From the NCBI GenBank assembly GCA_018266475.1, contig JAFEAI010000244.1, forward strand, positions 8,391 through 72,390: a stretch of 64,000 nucleotides of DNA, written 5' to 3'. This stretch comes from Bacteroidota bacterium (GTDB lineage: Bacteria > Bacteroidota > Bacteroidia > Flavobacteriales_F > PHOS-HE28). Of the stretch, positions 36,604 to 46,174 are shown in pieces. Made by a program: the position numbers and the translations under genes. Each line of letters starts with the position of its first letter. Position 1 is the first letter of the stretch. A model generated the notes under the pieces. The model saw nothing but the letters and a program-made list of their open reading frames with translations. It was not told where the DNA came from and made no database searches.

Positions 36604-38873
36604 CCGTGCTGCACGATCAACCGGCTTTGCCCCAGGCCGGCCCCGTCCGGCGCCGAAATCCGCACGATGTATGCCCCACCGGCCACATCCTGCACGGACA
36701 TGCGGCCGGCATCAGCCCTCCACTCCCGCACCATGCGGCCCATGGGATCGATCAGTTGCACCTTGGCCCCTGCCGGCAGCGGTGCGTCCGGTTTCAGTTG
36801 GAAGGCATCACCTACCGGGTTTGGCCATACCGCGATCCCGCCCGCCGGGGCCTGCGTTTCCTCCACGCCCGCAAAGGGGTCCACGGCCGCCACCATCACC
36901 GGGCGGATCATCCACGAGGCCTGTTGCCCCGACTGTGACCAGCCTTGCCCAACACTGTAGAACATCTTGTTCTGGTTGTTCCGGTTTTTGTCCATGCCCA
37001 CGTTCATCTGCGTGTTGTTGGTCTGCACCCAGCCCACATAGAAGGTGCCGTTCACGGCGATGGTGCTGTCCAGCGGATATTCCATGAAGTTGTCCGGCCC
37101 CCACAACCGGTACTGGGGGCTGCTGAAGGAGATGTTCTGGAAGAGGACCACTTCCGGGTCGAGGCTCTTCCACACGGTGATCAGGAAGGATCCGTTGGGC
37201 GGGTAGTTGTTGGGGGGAGGATTGTACGTGAAGATGGGCGCGAAGTAGATGCGCAGGGCGCGAAGTGAATCCTGCCCTTGGGTATCGAAGCGATAGGCCT
37301 GCTTGCCCCCTGCCACGTTCAGGCTGTACCCGGCCTCGGCCGTGCCGTCGTCGTAGCTGTAGTAGTTGCTGATCTCCTGCCGGTAGCGCATGGTGTCGTT
37401 GTAGGCGCATACGTCCGGCGTGGCGTTGGTCCAGAACTTCACGTTCACAAAGGCTGCGCCGTTGCATCCCGAAAGGTCGTATACCAGCGGGTTGGCGCCG
37501 CTGTTCACCGGGTTCACGGTGTTGAAGTTGCTGTATGCGTTGTTGCTGATGTTGTTGCCGTAGCCGTTGCGCGCGGCGGTCCACCCGCAGCCGGAGTTCA
37601 CCTCGTAGCCCCAGGTGATGAACTTGTCCTGCGTGTCGTTGTTGCGCTGCACCACGTTCACCTGCTGGGCCATGTAGCTTGCCGGCGATGCGGTGAACTT
37701 GGCGAAGGGCACCGAGGTGAACGTTTGCAGCAGGCCGGCCTCCTGGTACACGAAGGCCACATCCTTCAGCACCGTGTCGGTGTAGGTGCGGTTGCGGTCC
37801 AGCCTGACATAATCCACGTGCCACTGGTCCACCATGCCGCCGAGGGTGGCGTCGTTGGTGAAGCGCATGCGGAAGCCGTCCTTGAGGAACTTGGGGTCCT
37901 TGATGGGCACCATCACCTGCCGGAAGCGGTCCGGCGGCGCGGTGCCGGGAAGGCCCCACACGCGGTACCATGCCTGCTCCTGGGCGGCCCAGAGGTCCAG
38001 GTGCAGGCTGTCCTCGGCATGGGCCAGCACGTCGCCGCTAAGGCCGATGGGCTCGCAGAAGAAGCTCAGGTACACGCTGTCACCCGGCGCATAGGCCAGG
38101 TTGATGGGCACTGAAGTGAGCTTGTCCGCAGGGCCGTTCGTGTTGGGGCTGAGCGGCAGGTAGGGGTAGCCCGTGCGGTCCATGCCGTCGAACGTGACCA
38201 CACCGATGGTGGGCGGCAATACCGGGAAGGTGTTGTTCACGTAGGCATCATCGTCCTCCCAGAGGATCCAGGGCCGCAGGCTGTTGTCCGGGTTGATATA
38301 GCTGCGCGGGTCCGGGTCCACGGTATACACCAGCATGGAATCCTGCCGGATATCGGGGTCCAGTGCCAAGGTGTCGGGCCCGCTTCCGCCCACGGTGTCG
38401 ATGATGGTATAGGGCGGCCACAGGTACCTGCTTTGCTCGGTGGGCGGGTAGTCGGCCAGGTTGCGCACCACCACCACCACCGCAGGATTGGGCACCTGCG
38501 TGATCGTGAGCTCGCCGTTGCTGGTGTCCACCGTGATGTGGTACGAGGTGTCCTGCAGAAAGGCCATGCCGGCCGTGCTGGTGCCGCCCACCACCAACCG
38601 GTAGATGGTTTCGGCGTAGTGAACGTTCGCATCCCCGCTCACGGCGTTCAGGTGGCGGGTGCGGTCCACCGAGAAATCGTCGATCACGGGCAGGGTTTGC
38701 CCCGCGTTCTGGTAGAGGAAGATCTCATTGGGTCCGCCAGCCTTTTCCAGTTTCGGCGGATTGTCCGGCCGGGGCACCATGCCCAGCGGGCTGATGATCT
38801 CCTGCGCGCGAAGCCCCGTGGCCAGCAACATGGCGGGAAGCAGCAGCGCACGGAGGATTCGGATGCTTGGCAT
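36597..38873 (-). CDS. Large T9SS-secreted protein of unknown function (Por C-terminal sorting domain).
   Basis: Signal peptide MPSIRILRALLLPAMLLATGLRAQE. C-terminal WPNPVGDAF...GAYIVRISAPDG...LIVQHGW matches the Por_Secre_tail pattern. 7-bp overlap with the rluD start. Confidence 0.7.
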   Translation of the reverse strand: MPSIRILRALLLPAMLLATGLRAQEIISPLGMVPRPDNPPKLEKAGGPNEIFLYQNAGQTLPVIDDFSVDRTRHLNAVSGDANVHYAETIYRLVVGGTSTAGMAFLQDTSYHITVDTSNGELTITQVPNPAVVVVVRNLADYPPTEQSRYLWPPYTIIDTVGGSGPDTLALDPDIRQDSMLVYTVDPDPRSYINPDNSLRPWILWEDDDAYVNNTFPVLPPTIGVVTFDGMDRTGYPYLPLSPNTNGPADKLTSVPINLAYAPGDSVYLSFFCEPIGLSGDVLAHAEDSLHLDLWAAQEQAWYRVWGLPGTAPPDRFRQVMVPIKDPKFLKDGFRMRFTNDATLGGMVDQWHVDYVRLDRNRTYTDTVLKDVAFVYQEAGLLQTFTSVPFAKFTASPASYMAQQVNVVQRNNDTQDKFITWGYEVNSGCGWTAARNGYGNNISNNAYSNFNTVNPVNSGANPLVYDLSGCNGAAFVNVKFWTNATPDVCAYNDTMRYRQEISNYYSYDDGTAEAGYSLNVAGGKQAYRFDTQGQDSLRALRIYFAPIFTYNPPPNNYPPNGSFLITVWKSLDPEVVLFQNISFSSPQYRLWGPDNFMEYPLDSTIAVNGTFYVGWVQTNNTQMNVGMDKNRNNQNKMFYSVGQGWSQSGQQASWMIRPVMVAAVDPFAGVEETQAPAGGIAVWPNPVGDAFQLKPDAPLPAGAKVQLIDPMGRMVREWRADAGRMSVQDVAGGAYIVRISAPDGAGLGQSRLIVQHGW

Positions 38874-38886
38874 GTGTCGGTTGTTG

Positions 38887-39720
38887 TCAGGGCGCGGTGA
38901 GGGTGCTGTCCATGGTGAGCCACACGTCCACCATGCCGCCGGGCCTGATCGTTTCCGCAGGCCCTGCTTGGGGGAACTGGCGCACCACGGTTGCCAACGC
39001 AGTATCGCAGCCGCTATTGCCGCAGCCCTTCACCTCCACCACCATGCCCAGGTTCAGCGAAGCCATGCCCAGCACAGCTTTCATTTCCGAGAAGCCCATT
39101 CCGCGCAGGTCGGGCACGGGCACGCCTTCGCCCCCTTCCCCCTGGCCCAGCACCAAGGTGATGGATTCCCCTTTGCGGATCCTGCTTTCCGCCGTTATCG
39201 GCTGCCCCTTGTACAACTGGGCCACCACGCAATCCAGGCAGGGATCGGGGCGGTATTCCAGCGCGGCCAGCTTCAGCCCCAGGATCTCCATCACGCTGAT
39301 CGCCTGGCGCTTGCTCAGGTTCACCAGGTCCGGCATGTTCAGCATTTTCGGCTGCGTGGCGTTCATCACCAAGTAGATGGTCCGGTCAGGCTTCACGTAC
39401 TGCCCCGCCTTCGGGTCCTGGTCCACCACGGTGCCCTTGGGCGCCTCATCGGTGTATACCGAATCGATCACCTCGGCCCGAAGGTCCAGTGCTTCCAGTG
39501 CTTGTGCGGCCGCATCAAAGTGCAGGGCCTTCAGCTCGGGCACTTCCACCTTTACATCATGGCGCGTATAGGCGCCCGCCCAAAGCCAGGCCGCCAAGAT
39601 CAGTGCTGCCGCCAGCACCAGCGGTCCCGCGATCAGGAAAAGGCGTCTTCCGGCCGTCATGCGCTGCCTGTGGCCATTGGGGCCGTTTTTTGGCAAGGCG
39701 CGAATATACTCCCCCGCCAT
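38887..39720 (-). CDS. PASTA-domain protein (N-terminal TM anchor, three PASTA-like repeats).
   Basis: Repeated ...VPDLxGM...A...L...GL... PASTA-like units. Alternative ATG start at 39660 (MTAGRRLFLIAG...). Confidence 0.65.
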   Translation of the reverse strand: MAGEYIRALPKNGPNGHRQRMTAGRRLFLIAGPLVLAAALILAAWLWAGAYTRHDVKVEVPELKALHFDAAAQALEALDLRAEVIDSVYTDEAPKGTVVDQDPKAGQYVKPDRTIYLVMNATQPKMLNMPDLVNLSKRQAISVMEILGLKLAALEYRPDPCLDCVVAQLYKGQPITAESRIRKGESITLVLGQGEGGEGVPVPDLRGMGFSEMKAVLGMASLNLGMVVEVKGCGNSGCDTALATVVRQFPQAGPAETIRPGGMVDVWLTMDSTLTAP

Positions 39721-39736
39721 CGGGCATCATCAACAG

Positions 39737-39965
39737 GACAGGGCTATAGCCTCTTAACACTGCGCCTGGCGGCGCATATCCAATACTTGTACGAACCACG
39801 GATCCACACGGATGGACACGGATCGCGAACCTCTCCGGGCATCGGGCTCAAAGTTGTGGCCCACTTCCCCCATCGCGCACTTATCCGTGTTTATCTGCGT
39901 CCATCCGTGGTTGGGAAATCGGAAAAATCGCGACCGCAGGGCGCGCAAGAGGCGATAGCCCTGTC
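39737..39965. repeat. 229-bp nested inverted-repeat element. Outer 19-bp IR GACAGGGCTATAGCCTCTT / AAGAGGCGATAGCCCTGTC (18/19). Inner arms 39796-39825 and 39881-39910 each carry two CACGGAT / ATCCGTG heptamers.
   Basis: Direct reading of both strands. Sits between the divergent PASTA gene and ddl. Confidence 0.5.
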
Positions 39966-40051
39966 AACAGGGTGCCGTTGGCACTTCCGGCGTGATCATT
40001 CCCGCAGTGCCCGCATCCCGCCAAACCTTTGGGCACATTCCTGCTCCCTCC

Positions 40052-41056
40052 ATGCCACTGCCCCTTGTCGCCATTTTCCGCGGCGGATATACCGGCGAGT
40101 CCGTCATCAGCCAAAAAAGCGCGCAGACCATGATGGACGCCATCGACACCTCCCGGTTCGATGCCGCTTTCGTTTCCGTAACCCCGGACGGCTGGGCCTG
40201 CCAGCGGGCCGATGGAGGCAATCTCCCGTTCGACCGCGGCCTCTTCACCGCCGACCGCGGCCACGGACCGGAACCCTTCGCCGCAGCACTGATCGCCATC
40301 CACGGCACCCCGGGCGAAGACGGCAAGCTACAGGGCTATTTGGACATGCTGGGCGTGCCCTACCAGACCGGCGGCGTGCTGAACATGGCCCTCACCATGA
40401 GCAAATACGGCACTACGGCCTTGCTCCGCCAGCTCGGCTTTCCCGTGGCCGCCTCCATCCGCGTACACCGCCACCAGCACGATGCCGCACAGCGCATCCT
40501 GGCGGAAGTGGGCCTGCCCTGCTTCGTGAAGCCGGACAACAGCGGCAGCAGCCTCGGCATCAGCAAGGTGAAAACCGGCGGGGAGCTTGGTCCCGCACTG
40601 GAAAAAGCATTCACGGAAGATACCTTGGTGATGTGCGAACGCGCCGTGAAAGGCCGCGAGCTCACCTGCGGCGTGATGGACCTGGGCGGAAAGACGCGCG
40701 CCCTGCCCGTGTGCGAGATCCGCACCACCCACGAGTTCTTCGACTATGAGGCCAAGTACCACGCCGCCGACACCCAGGAGCTTGTGCCCGCGCCCATTCC
40801 GGATGAGGTGGCCGCGGTGGTGCAGCAGCGTTCCGAGGCCATCTTCCAAGCCCTCAACTGCCATGGCCTGGTGCGCATAGACCACTTTTGGCTGGAAGGA
40901 CAAGGCGACGGCAAGGAGGTGGTCACCATTGAGGTAAACACGGTGCCGGGCTTCACGCCCGTGAGCATCTATCCGCGCATGCTGAAGGCCGCGGGAATGC
41001 CGGTGGAAGAGGCGGTGAACGGGTTGGTGGAGGGGATGGTTCAGCGGCAGGGTTGA
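40052..41056 (+). CDS. ddl: D-alanine--D-alanine ligase.
   Basis: ATP-grasp fold with CFVKPDNSGSSLGISKV and C-terminal NTVPGFTPVSIYPRM motifs. Start at the internal ATG giving MPLPLVAIFRGGYTGE. Confidence 0.9.
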   Translation: MPLPLVAIFRGGYTGESVISQKSAQTMMDAIDTSRFDAAFVSVTPDGWACQRADGGNLPFDRGLFTADRGHGPEPFAAALIAIHGTPGEDGKLQGYLDMLGVPYQTGGVLNMALTMSKYGTTALLRQLGFPVAASIRVHRHQHDAAQRILAEVGLPCFVKPDNSGSSLGISKVKTGGELGPALEKAFTEDTLVMCERAVKGRELTCGVMDLGGKTRALPVCEIRTTHEFFDYEAKYHAADTQELVPAPIPDEVAAVVQQRSEAIFQALNCHGLVRIDHFWLEGQGDGKEVVTIEVNTVPGFTPVSIYPRMLKAAGMPVEEAVNGLVEGMVQRQG

Positions 41057-41327
41057 CCACTGTGGGATGGCCCGGCCAGGCCGTGGCTGTTGCCACCTGT
41101 GTGCGGCAGGCCATCGGCATGCAATCCCCCTATTTCAACTGCGGACAGATGTACAGATGCCCTATCCGTTCAATCGGCCAATTGGGCATGGCCAACCGGT
41201 TCATAGATTTGGCTCCTGCACGCTTTGGCCACGCGGAACCTCCCGGCCATTCACATTGGAGAGGGGTATTGCAGCCAACCCCATGGATTGAGTTCCCTCC
41301 GGCATCGCTTTGAATTTGAACTCGAAA

Positions 41328-42800
41328 ATGAGCAACGAAGCATCCGGCCGCCAGGAGGCACCTGACCATCAAGCTCCGCGTCTCAACCCGTGGTGGCTCG
41401 TCCCGCTGTTCCTTGGGGCCCTGGCCGAGGCCATGCTTTTCTCGCACCTTATTGCCTGCGCCAACCCCGAGCTGCGGCCCGGCATTCTGGCCACTGTGGG
41501 CGGGGACACCCAATCCTATCTGCTGCCCATGGACCACCTGGTCGATGAAGGGCAGTATTACACGCTCAACATGCAGGGCGAAAAGACCTTGGCAGGCCGC
41601 ATGCCGTATTATGCCGTTCCATATCTCCTGCTTCGTTTGGCGGGCCTGCCGGCCGCCGATATCATGGCGGTGCTCCAGGCAGCCCTTTTCGCACTTGCCC
41701 TTTGGGCGCTCGCGGACCTGCTGGTGCGGGAAACACGATCCCGTTGGTGCGGCTATCTGTTCATGCTCGCAGGCGGGCTTTCGGGGCATTTTACGTCCTA
41801 CCTGCCCGCCATACTTCCGGATGCCATTGGCGCATCGCTTGCCGCATTGGCCATGCACCGGTTCTGGCTCACCGAAAAGCGCGACCGTGCAAGCGACCGC
41901 TGGTTGCTCGGCGGCATTTTGGCCGCCCTGATCCTGGTGAAACCCTATTTCGCCCCATTGATCGCACTGATCCCGCTCCGTTGGCTGTACAAAAGCCGCA
42001 ACCTCCGGCAAACTGCGGCCCGGTCGGTCATCCTGGCAACCCCGTTATTGATCATGCTTGCGCCATGGTGGATCCGCAACGCCCTGGTCATGGGCCGCTT
42101 TTTTCCGTTCCAGCAGGACATGTACGCCGGCTATGGCTACTCAAGCACCGAGTTGCGCAGCCGCAGCTTTGCGCAGGCGGCCGGTGAGGATGGCGTGGTC
42201 TGGTGGGATCCATATAGCATGGCCAGCTGCATGCGGCTGGACCCACAACCGCCTTCACGCTATACCTGGCCGGAATACTTCAAGGACGGAACCGTCGCGG
42301 GTTTCAATCAAGTGGTGGCCGCCTACAAGACGTTCCAGGCAGCCCCTACTCCCGAACATGCCGCTACCGCAGAAGCCTTGATGGACTCCGTGCAGAATGC
42401 CTACATACAGCAATATCCCCTGCATTACTATGTTACCAACCACTTCAATGCGCTGCCCCGGCTATTGTTCCATAGCGGATCCGCCAACCTTCCGGTGCAT
42501 GCGTCAAATCCTTGCTACGGCTCTTGGCAGTTCCTGCTCAAGCTAGCCGCCAGCCTGGCCTACTGGGCTTCATTGGCCGGTCTGCTGCTGGGGATTGCAT
42601 GGGCCTTTGCAGACCGCGCCGCCAATCTGTGGTTGTGGCTGGTGGTGCCCTTGTATCTGGCGCTCTTCTTCTCCTTAGTAGTGGTGGCCCCGGAATGGCG
42701 GTATTTCTCGGGCGCCTTCCTGATCGACCTTTGGTTGTTGTTCCGCATCGCACCTCCAGCCCTGCTGAAGGTCAAGGCGCGGCTTGCAAAAAGGACCTGA
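41328..42800 (+). CDS. Polytopic membrane protein resembling GT-C glycosyltransferases (ArnT/PMT/GT39-83-like), uncertain.
   Basis: ~12 predicted TM segments with loops between early helices, 490 aa. Adjacent to the ArnC-like/WecE-like/WecD-like genes. Family not verified. Confidence 0.4.
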   Translation: MSNEASGRQEAPDHQAPRLNPWWLVPLFLGALAEAMLFSHLIACANPELRPGILATVGGDTQSYLLPMDHLVDEGQYYTLNMQGEKTLAGRMPYYAVPYLLLRLAGLPAADIMAVLQAALFALALWALADLLVRETRSRWCGYLFMLAGGLSGHFTSYLPAILPDAIGASLAALAMHRFWLTEKRDRASDRWLLGGILAALILVKPYFAPLIALIPLRWLYKSRNLRQTAARSVILATPLLIMLAPWWIRNALVMGRFFPFQQDMYAGYGYSSTELRSRSFAQAAGEDGVVWWDPYSMASCMRLDPQPPSRYTWPEYFKDGTVAGFNQVVAAYKTFQAAPTPEHAATAEALMDSVQNAYIQQYPLHYYVTNHFNALPRLLFHSGSANLPVHASNPCYGSWQFLLKLAASLAYWASLAGLLLGIAWAFADRAANLWLWLVVPLYLALFFSLVVVAPEWRYFSGAFLIDLWLLFRIAPPALLKVKARLAKRT

Positions 42801-43905
42801 CCGCACCGGTTATTTGTTCCACTTGGCCGGTTTGCAAGGCTGCGAACAGGGGCAGCCGCAACAGGCGGTCGCTGTACAGGTCGCTCATGGGCAGGTCGCG
42901 TCCATCGTGCTTGTGTGCGTAAAACGGTGACTTGTGCAGGGATTGGTAATGGAATACCGCCATGATACCGCGCTCCCGCAGGTATTGCACCAGCGCGGTA
43001 CGTTCCTCCAGCGACCTGCAAAGAATGTGGAAGAGGTGGCCATTGCAGGTGGCATAGCCTGGCAGGAACGGGCCGCCCAATCGGCCTTGGCGGAACAGGT
43101 CCACCAAGCCTTCGGCATAAGCGTTCCAATTGGCGATCCGCCGTGCCTGTATCGCATCGATCCCCTCCAACTGGGCAAGCAGGAAGGCGGCATTGATCTC
43201 CGACGGCAGGTAGGAGGAACCGACGTCCACCCAATTGTACTTGGCCACTTCACCGCGCCAGAAGGCCGCCCTGTTGGTTCCCTTCTCCCAGATCACCTCC
43301 GCCCGCGCAGCCATGGAGGGGTCATTCACCACCAAGGCTCCACCCTCACCGCATTGCACGTTCTTGGTTTCATGGAATGAGAAGGTGCCCAAGTGGCCGA
43401 TCCCGCCCAGCGGCCTTCCCTTATAGCGCGATTCAATGGCTTGTGCCGCATCCTCCACCACCTTCAACCCATGCGCACCGGCAATGGCCATGATCTTGTC
43501 CATGTCGCAGGCCACTCCGGCATAATGTACCGCCACAATGGCCTTGGTGCGCGGTGTGATCAGCTCCTCCACACCTTCTTCATCCATCCCCGGATGGTCC
43601 TTCCGGCTATCGACGAAAATGATCTTGGCCCCGCGCAGCACAAACGCATTTGCCGTGCTTACGAACGTATAGGAGGGCATGATCACTTCATCCCCCGGCT
43701 GTATGTCCAGCAGCAATGCACACATCTCCAAGGCATCGGTGCAGGAGGTGGTGAGCAGCACGCGCTGAAAACCGTACCTCTTCTCCATCCAGGCCTGGCA
43801 CCGTTGCGTGAACTGGCCGTTGCCGGAAAGCTTGTTGCGCTGCACCGCTTCATTTACGTAGCGATACTCATTGCCGGTGAGGTAGGGAACATTGAAGTCG
43901 ATCAT
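42772..43905 (-). CDS. DegT/DnrJ/EryC1/StrS-family sugar aminotransferase (WecE/ArnB-like).
   Basis: MIDFNVPYLTGNEYRYVNEAV N-terminus; PLP-Lys region FSFHETKNVQCGEGGALVVND. Confidence 0.85.
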   Translation of the reverse strand: MIDFNVPYLTGNEYRYVNEAVQRNKLSGNGQFTQRCQAWMEKRYGFQRVLLTTSCTDALEMCALLLDIQPGDEVIMPSYTFVSTANAFVLRGAKIIFVDSRKDHPGMDEEGVEELITPRTKAIVAVHYAGVACDMDKIMAIAGAHGLKVVEDAAQAIESRYKGRPLGGIGHLGTFSFHETKNVQCGEGGALVVNDPSMAARAEVIWEKGTNRAAFWRGEVAKYNWVDVGSSYLPSEINAAFLLAQLEGIDAIQARRIANWNAYAEGLVDLFRQGRLGGPFLPGYATCNGHLFHILCRSLEERTALVQYLRERGIMAVFHYQSLHKSPFYAHKHDGRDLPMSDLYSDRLLRLPLFAALQTGQVEQITGAVRSFLQAAP

Positions 43906-44072
43906 GGAAGTTGCGATGGTCACTTTGCACCGTGCCCGGGGAACCCATCCCCGGCGAAGATCGGAACTGCCACGCCAACACATGGCAGAACGTCGGGCGA
44001 AACCGACAAGCGAAGGTGGCGGATGGCCCTTTCGGCCCACTTCACCGCGCCCGGAGCATGGAAGGGCCCCAT

Positions 44073-44804
44073 CTACCTGCCGTTGGGAAAAAGATGGTAT
44101 ACATCAATTACCTCAATGATGTGAAAACCCTTCTTTCCATAGAAACGCATCGCATCCACATTCTCAGCCTGGGTAGGCACCTGTAATGTCCACACTTCCC
44201 GGCCAGCAAGGTATTGGAACACCTGGCCAAGCAGCTTGCCCCCAATGCCCTCACCCTGATGCCCCGGGGATACTGAAAGCAAGCCGATCCTGCCCACGCC
44301 GTCATTCACTGAAACCGTGATGAGGCCGACCAATGCCCCATCCATCTTGTACACGAACACCTCATCCGCCAATTCACGCTTCACCGACCGCGCCAGCCAG
44401 GTTTCATACATCGCCCGGTATTGCCCATCGCTGATCCCCGGGTCAACCTTGAAGCGTGAGTGCGCGCCACAGATATATGCCAGCTCCATGAGTTCCGTGA
44501 TCCGGGCTTCACCTGTGTACGGCGCAATGCTCGGGTCATGTGCCAGGGGGGCTGGCGGCACCTTCCGTTCAAACAGCACCGTGGAAGGCATCTTACGCCC
44601 ACCATGTCGTTCCAACATCTTCGGGTCCACCAATTCGCCCCCCGGGGCGAACAAATAGATCATGCCATAGCCGTCTTTCACGGCATTGCGCAATCCTGCG
44701 CCCAACCACGCCCGGTCGTGTCCCCCTGGCAGGCGGATGCGGCCTGTCCGGCGACCAAAATGTTCACTGTCCCAAGCCAGATGTTCCACTACGTACATGG
44801 TCAT
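44073..44804 (-). CDS. GNAT-fold acetyltransferase, candidate dTDP-4-amino-4,6-dideoxy-sugar N-acetyltransferase (WecD-like).
   Basis: GNAT motif region GLLSVSPGHQGEGIGGKLLGQ...AENVDAMRFYGKKGF; 243 aa; flanked by the WecE-like and ArnC-like genes. Confidence 0.5.
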   Translation of the reverse strand: MTMYVVEHLAWDSEHFGRRTGRIRLPGGHDRAWLGAGLRNAVKDGYGMIYLFAPGGELVDPKMLERHGGRKMPSTVLFERKVPPAPLAHDPSIAPYTGEARITELMELAYICGAHSRFKVDPGISDGQYRAMYETWLARSVKRELADEVFVYKMDGALVGLITVSVNDGVGRIGLLSVSPGHQGEGIGGKLLGQVFQYLAGREVWTLQVPTQAENVDAMRFYGKKGFHIIEVIDVYHLFPNGR

Positions 44805-45721
44805 TCATTCAGGACCTTGTCCACAATGTACACGGGCCGGCTCTTCACCTTTTCGAATACCTTGCCCAAGTACAACCCCAATACCCCAAGAATGAAAATG
44901 GCCAACCCGCTAAAAAACCAGATGGAAAGAATGAGGCTTGCGTAACCAAGTACAAGTATCTCCCCGCGCAAGTACTTGACCAGGAAGTATCCTCCCATTA
45001 TGAAAGCCGCGGCGGAAATGAACAAGCCCAACCGTACGGTTAGGCGCAATGGCTTATCCGAAAAGGCTATGATATTATTGAAAGCGAGGTCCAACATTTT
45101 TGACCACGTATAAGACGACCCCCCTTCCGGGCGGGCAGCATGCTCCACATCCACCGTGGCCCGCTTGAACCCCACCCATTGGCTCATGGTAGGAAAAAAG
45201 CGGATCTGATCTCCCATGGATAGAATGGCCTGGATCACCCGTTGGTGGTAGATTCCGAAGTTGGCAACGCTGGGATCTTGCGTGCTATCGGTCAAATAGC
45301 TGAACAGGCTGTAAAACACCCTTGAACTTATCCGCTTAAACCAGCCGTCCATTCTTACCGAGCGGCGTGCCAACACAAGGTCATTTCCTTCCAACGCCTT
45401 GGCCAATAGCCCCGGTATCTCTTCCGGCTTGTCTTGAAGATCGCAGTCCATGACCACCACCCAAGCTCCCCTTGCCGCCGCCAGACCTGCCGTGATGGCA
45501 TAATGCTGGCCGAAGTTTCTGCTCAACTTAATTCCCTTTACACGTGGATGTTCCCCACAGATCCGTTCAATTGCCGCCCAAGAACCGTCGGGGCTTCCGT
45601 CCTCCACCAGGATAACCTCATATTCATCGGTTACCAACCTCACACTTCGATTGATCCGCGCCACAAGCTCCGTAACCAAGTTTTCCGCCCGGTATACCGG
45701 GCTCACGACAGATAAGTACAT
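44801..45721 (-). CDS. Polyprenol-phosphate glycosyltransferase (GT2, ArnC/GtrB-like) with C-terminal TM helices.
   Basis: MYLSVVSPVYRAENLV...EVILVEDGSPDGS...DCDLQD and two C-terminal TM segments. Confidence 0.8.
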   Translation of the reverse strand: MYLSVVSPVYRAENLVTELVARINRSVRLVTDEYEVILVEDGSPDGSWAAIERICGEHPRVKGIKLSRNFGQHYAITAGLAAARGAWVVVMDCDLQDKPEEIPGLLAKALEGNDLVLARRSVRMDGWFKRISSRVFYSLFSYLTDSTQDPSVANFGIYHQRVIQAILSMGDQIRFFPTMSQWVGFKRATVDVEHAARPEGGSSYTWSKMLDLAFNNIIAFSDKPLRLTVRLGLFISAAAFIMGGYFLVKYLRGEILVLGYASLILSIWFFSGLAIFILGVLGLYLGKVFEKVKSRPVYIVDKVLNE

Positions 45722-46174
45722 CGAATCAACAGAGTTGGGTGCGTCCTGCGCAGGTGATGACCGTTGTGCTGTTCAGTTACGTGCATGCAGGACAACTGGA
45801 CGGGGAGCGCAATCGCGATTACGAGCCGTCGCCTTCATTTTCCGGGCTGATCGAACATGCTTCACCGTGCCAAACTAAGCCGCTGAACGGAAGTTCCAAC
45901 CAAGCCCCCATGGAATGGCTCCGACAGATTGCCCAATTTCTTCTCCACCGCAACTGCGAGCTGATCCAGGAACCGCCCCCGCCCCACTCGTTCGTGAAGA
46001 TCGGCCACGGGCTTCCATGCCACTCGGCCAAGGGCTGTACACGCTTTGGGGCATGATCGGAAATTACCAACGGGAGCCCCGGAACGAATGGCCTGCCATA
46101 GCAAGCCGCTAGGCATGCCGAACGACTTGTACTTGGCGGATTCGATTCATCTTGCTTGTGGCCTGCAAAGTAAG

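Noticed and set aside
41130-42011. 293-aa minus-strand ORF overlapping the GT-C-like membrane gene and its upstream gap
   Set aside because: No domain features; opposite strand encodes a coherent polytopic membrane protein.
45739-46056. 105-aa plus-strand ORF in the 453-bp gap upstream of the ArnC-like gene
   Set aside because: No start context, no similarity to anything recognisable, overlaps equally plausible minus-strand ORFs. Treated as non-coding or pseudogene remnant (noted in findings).
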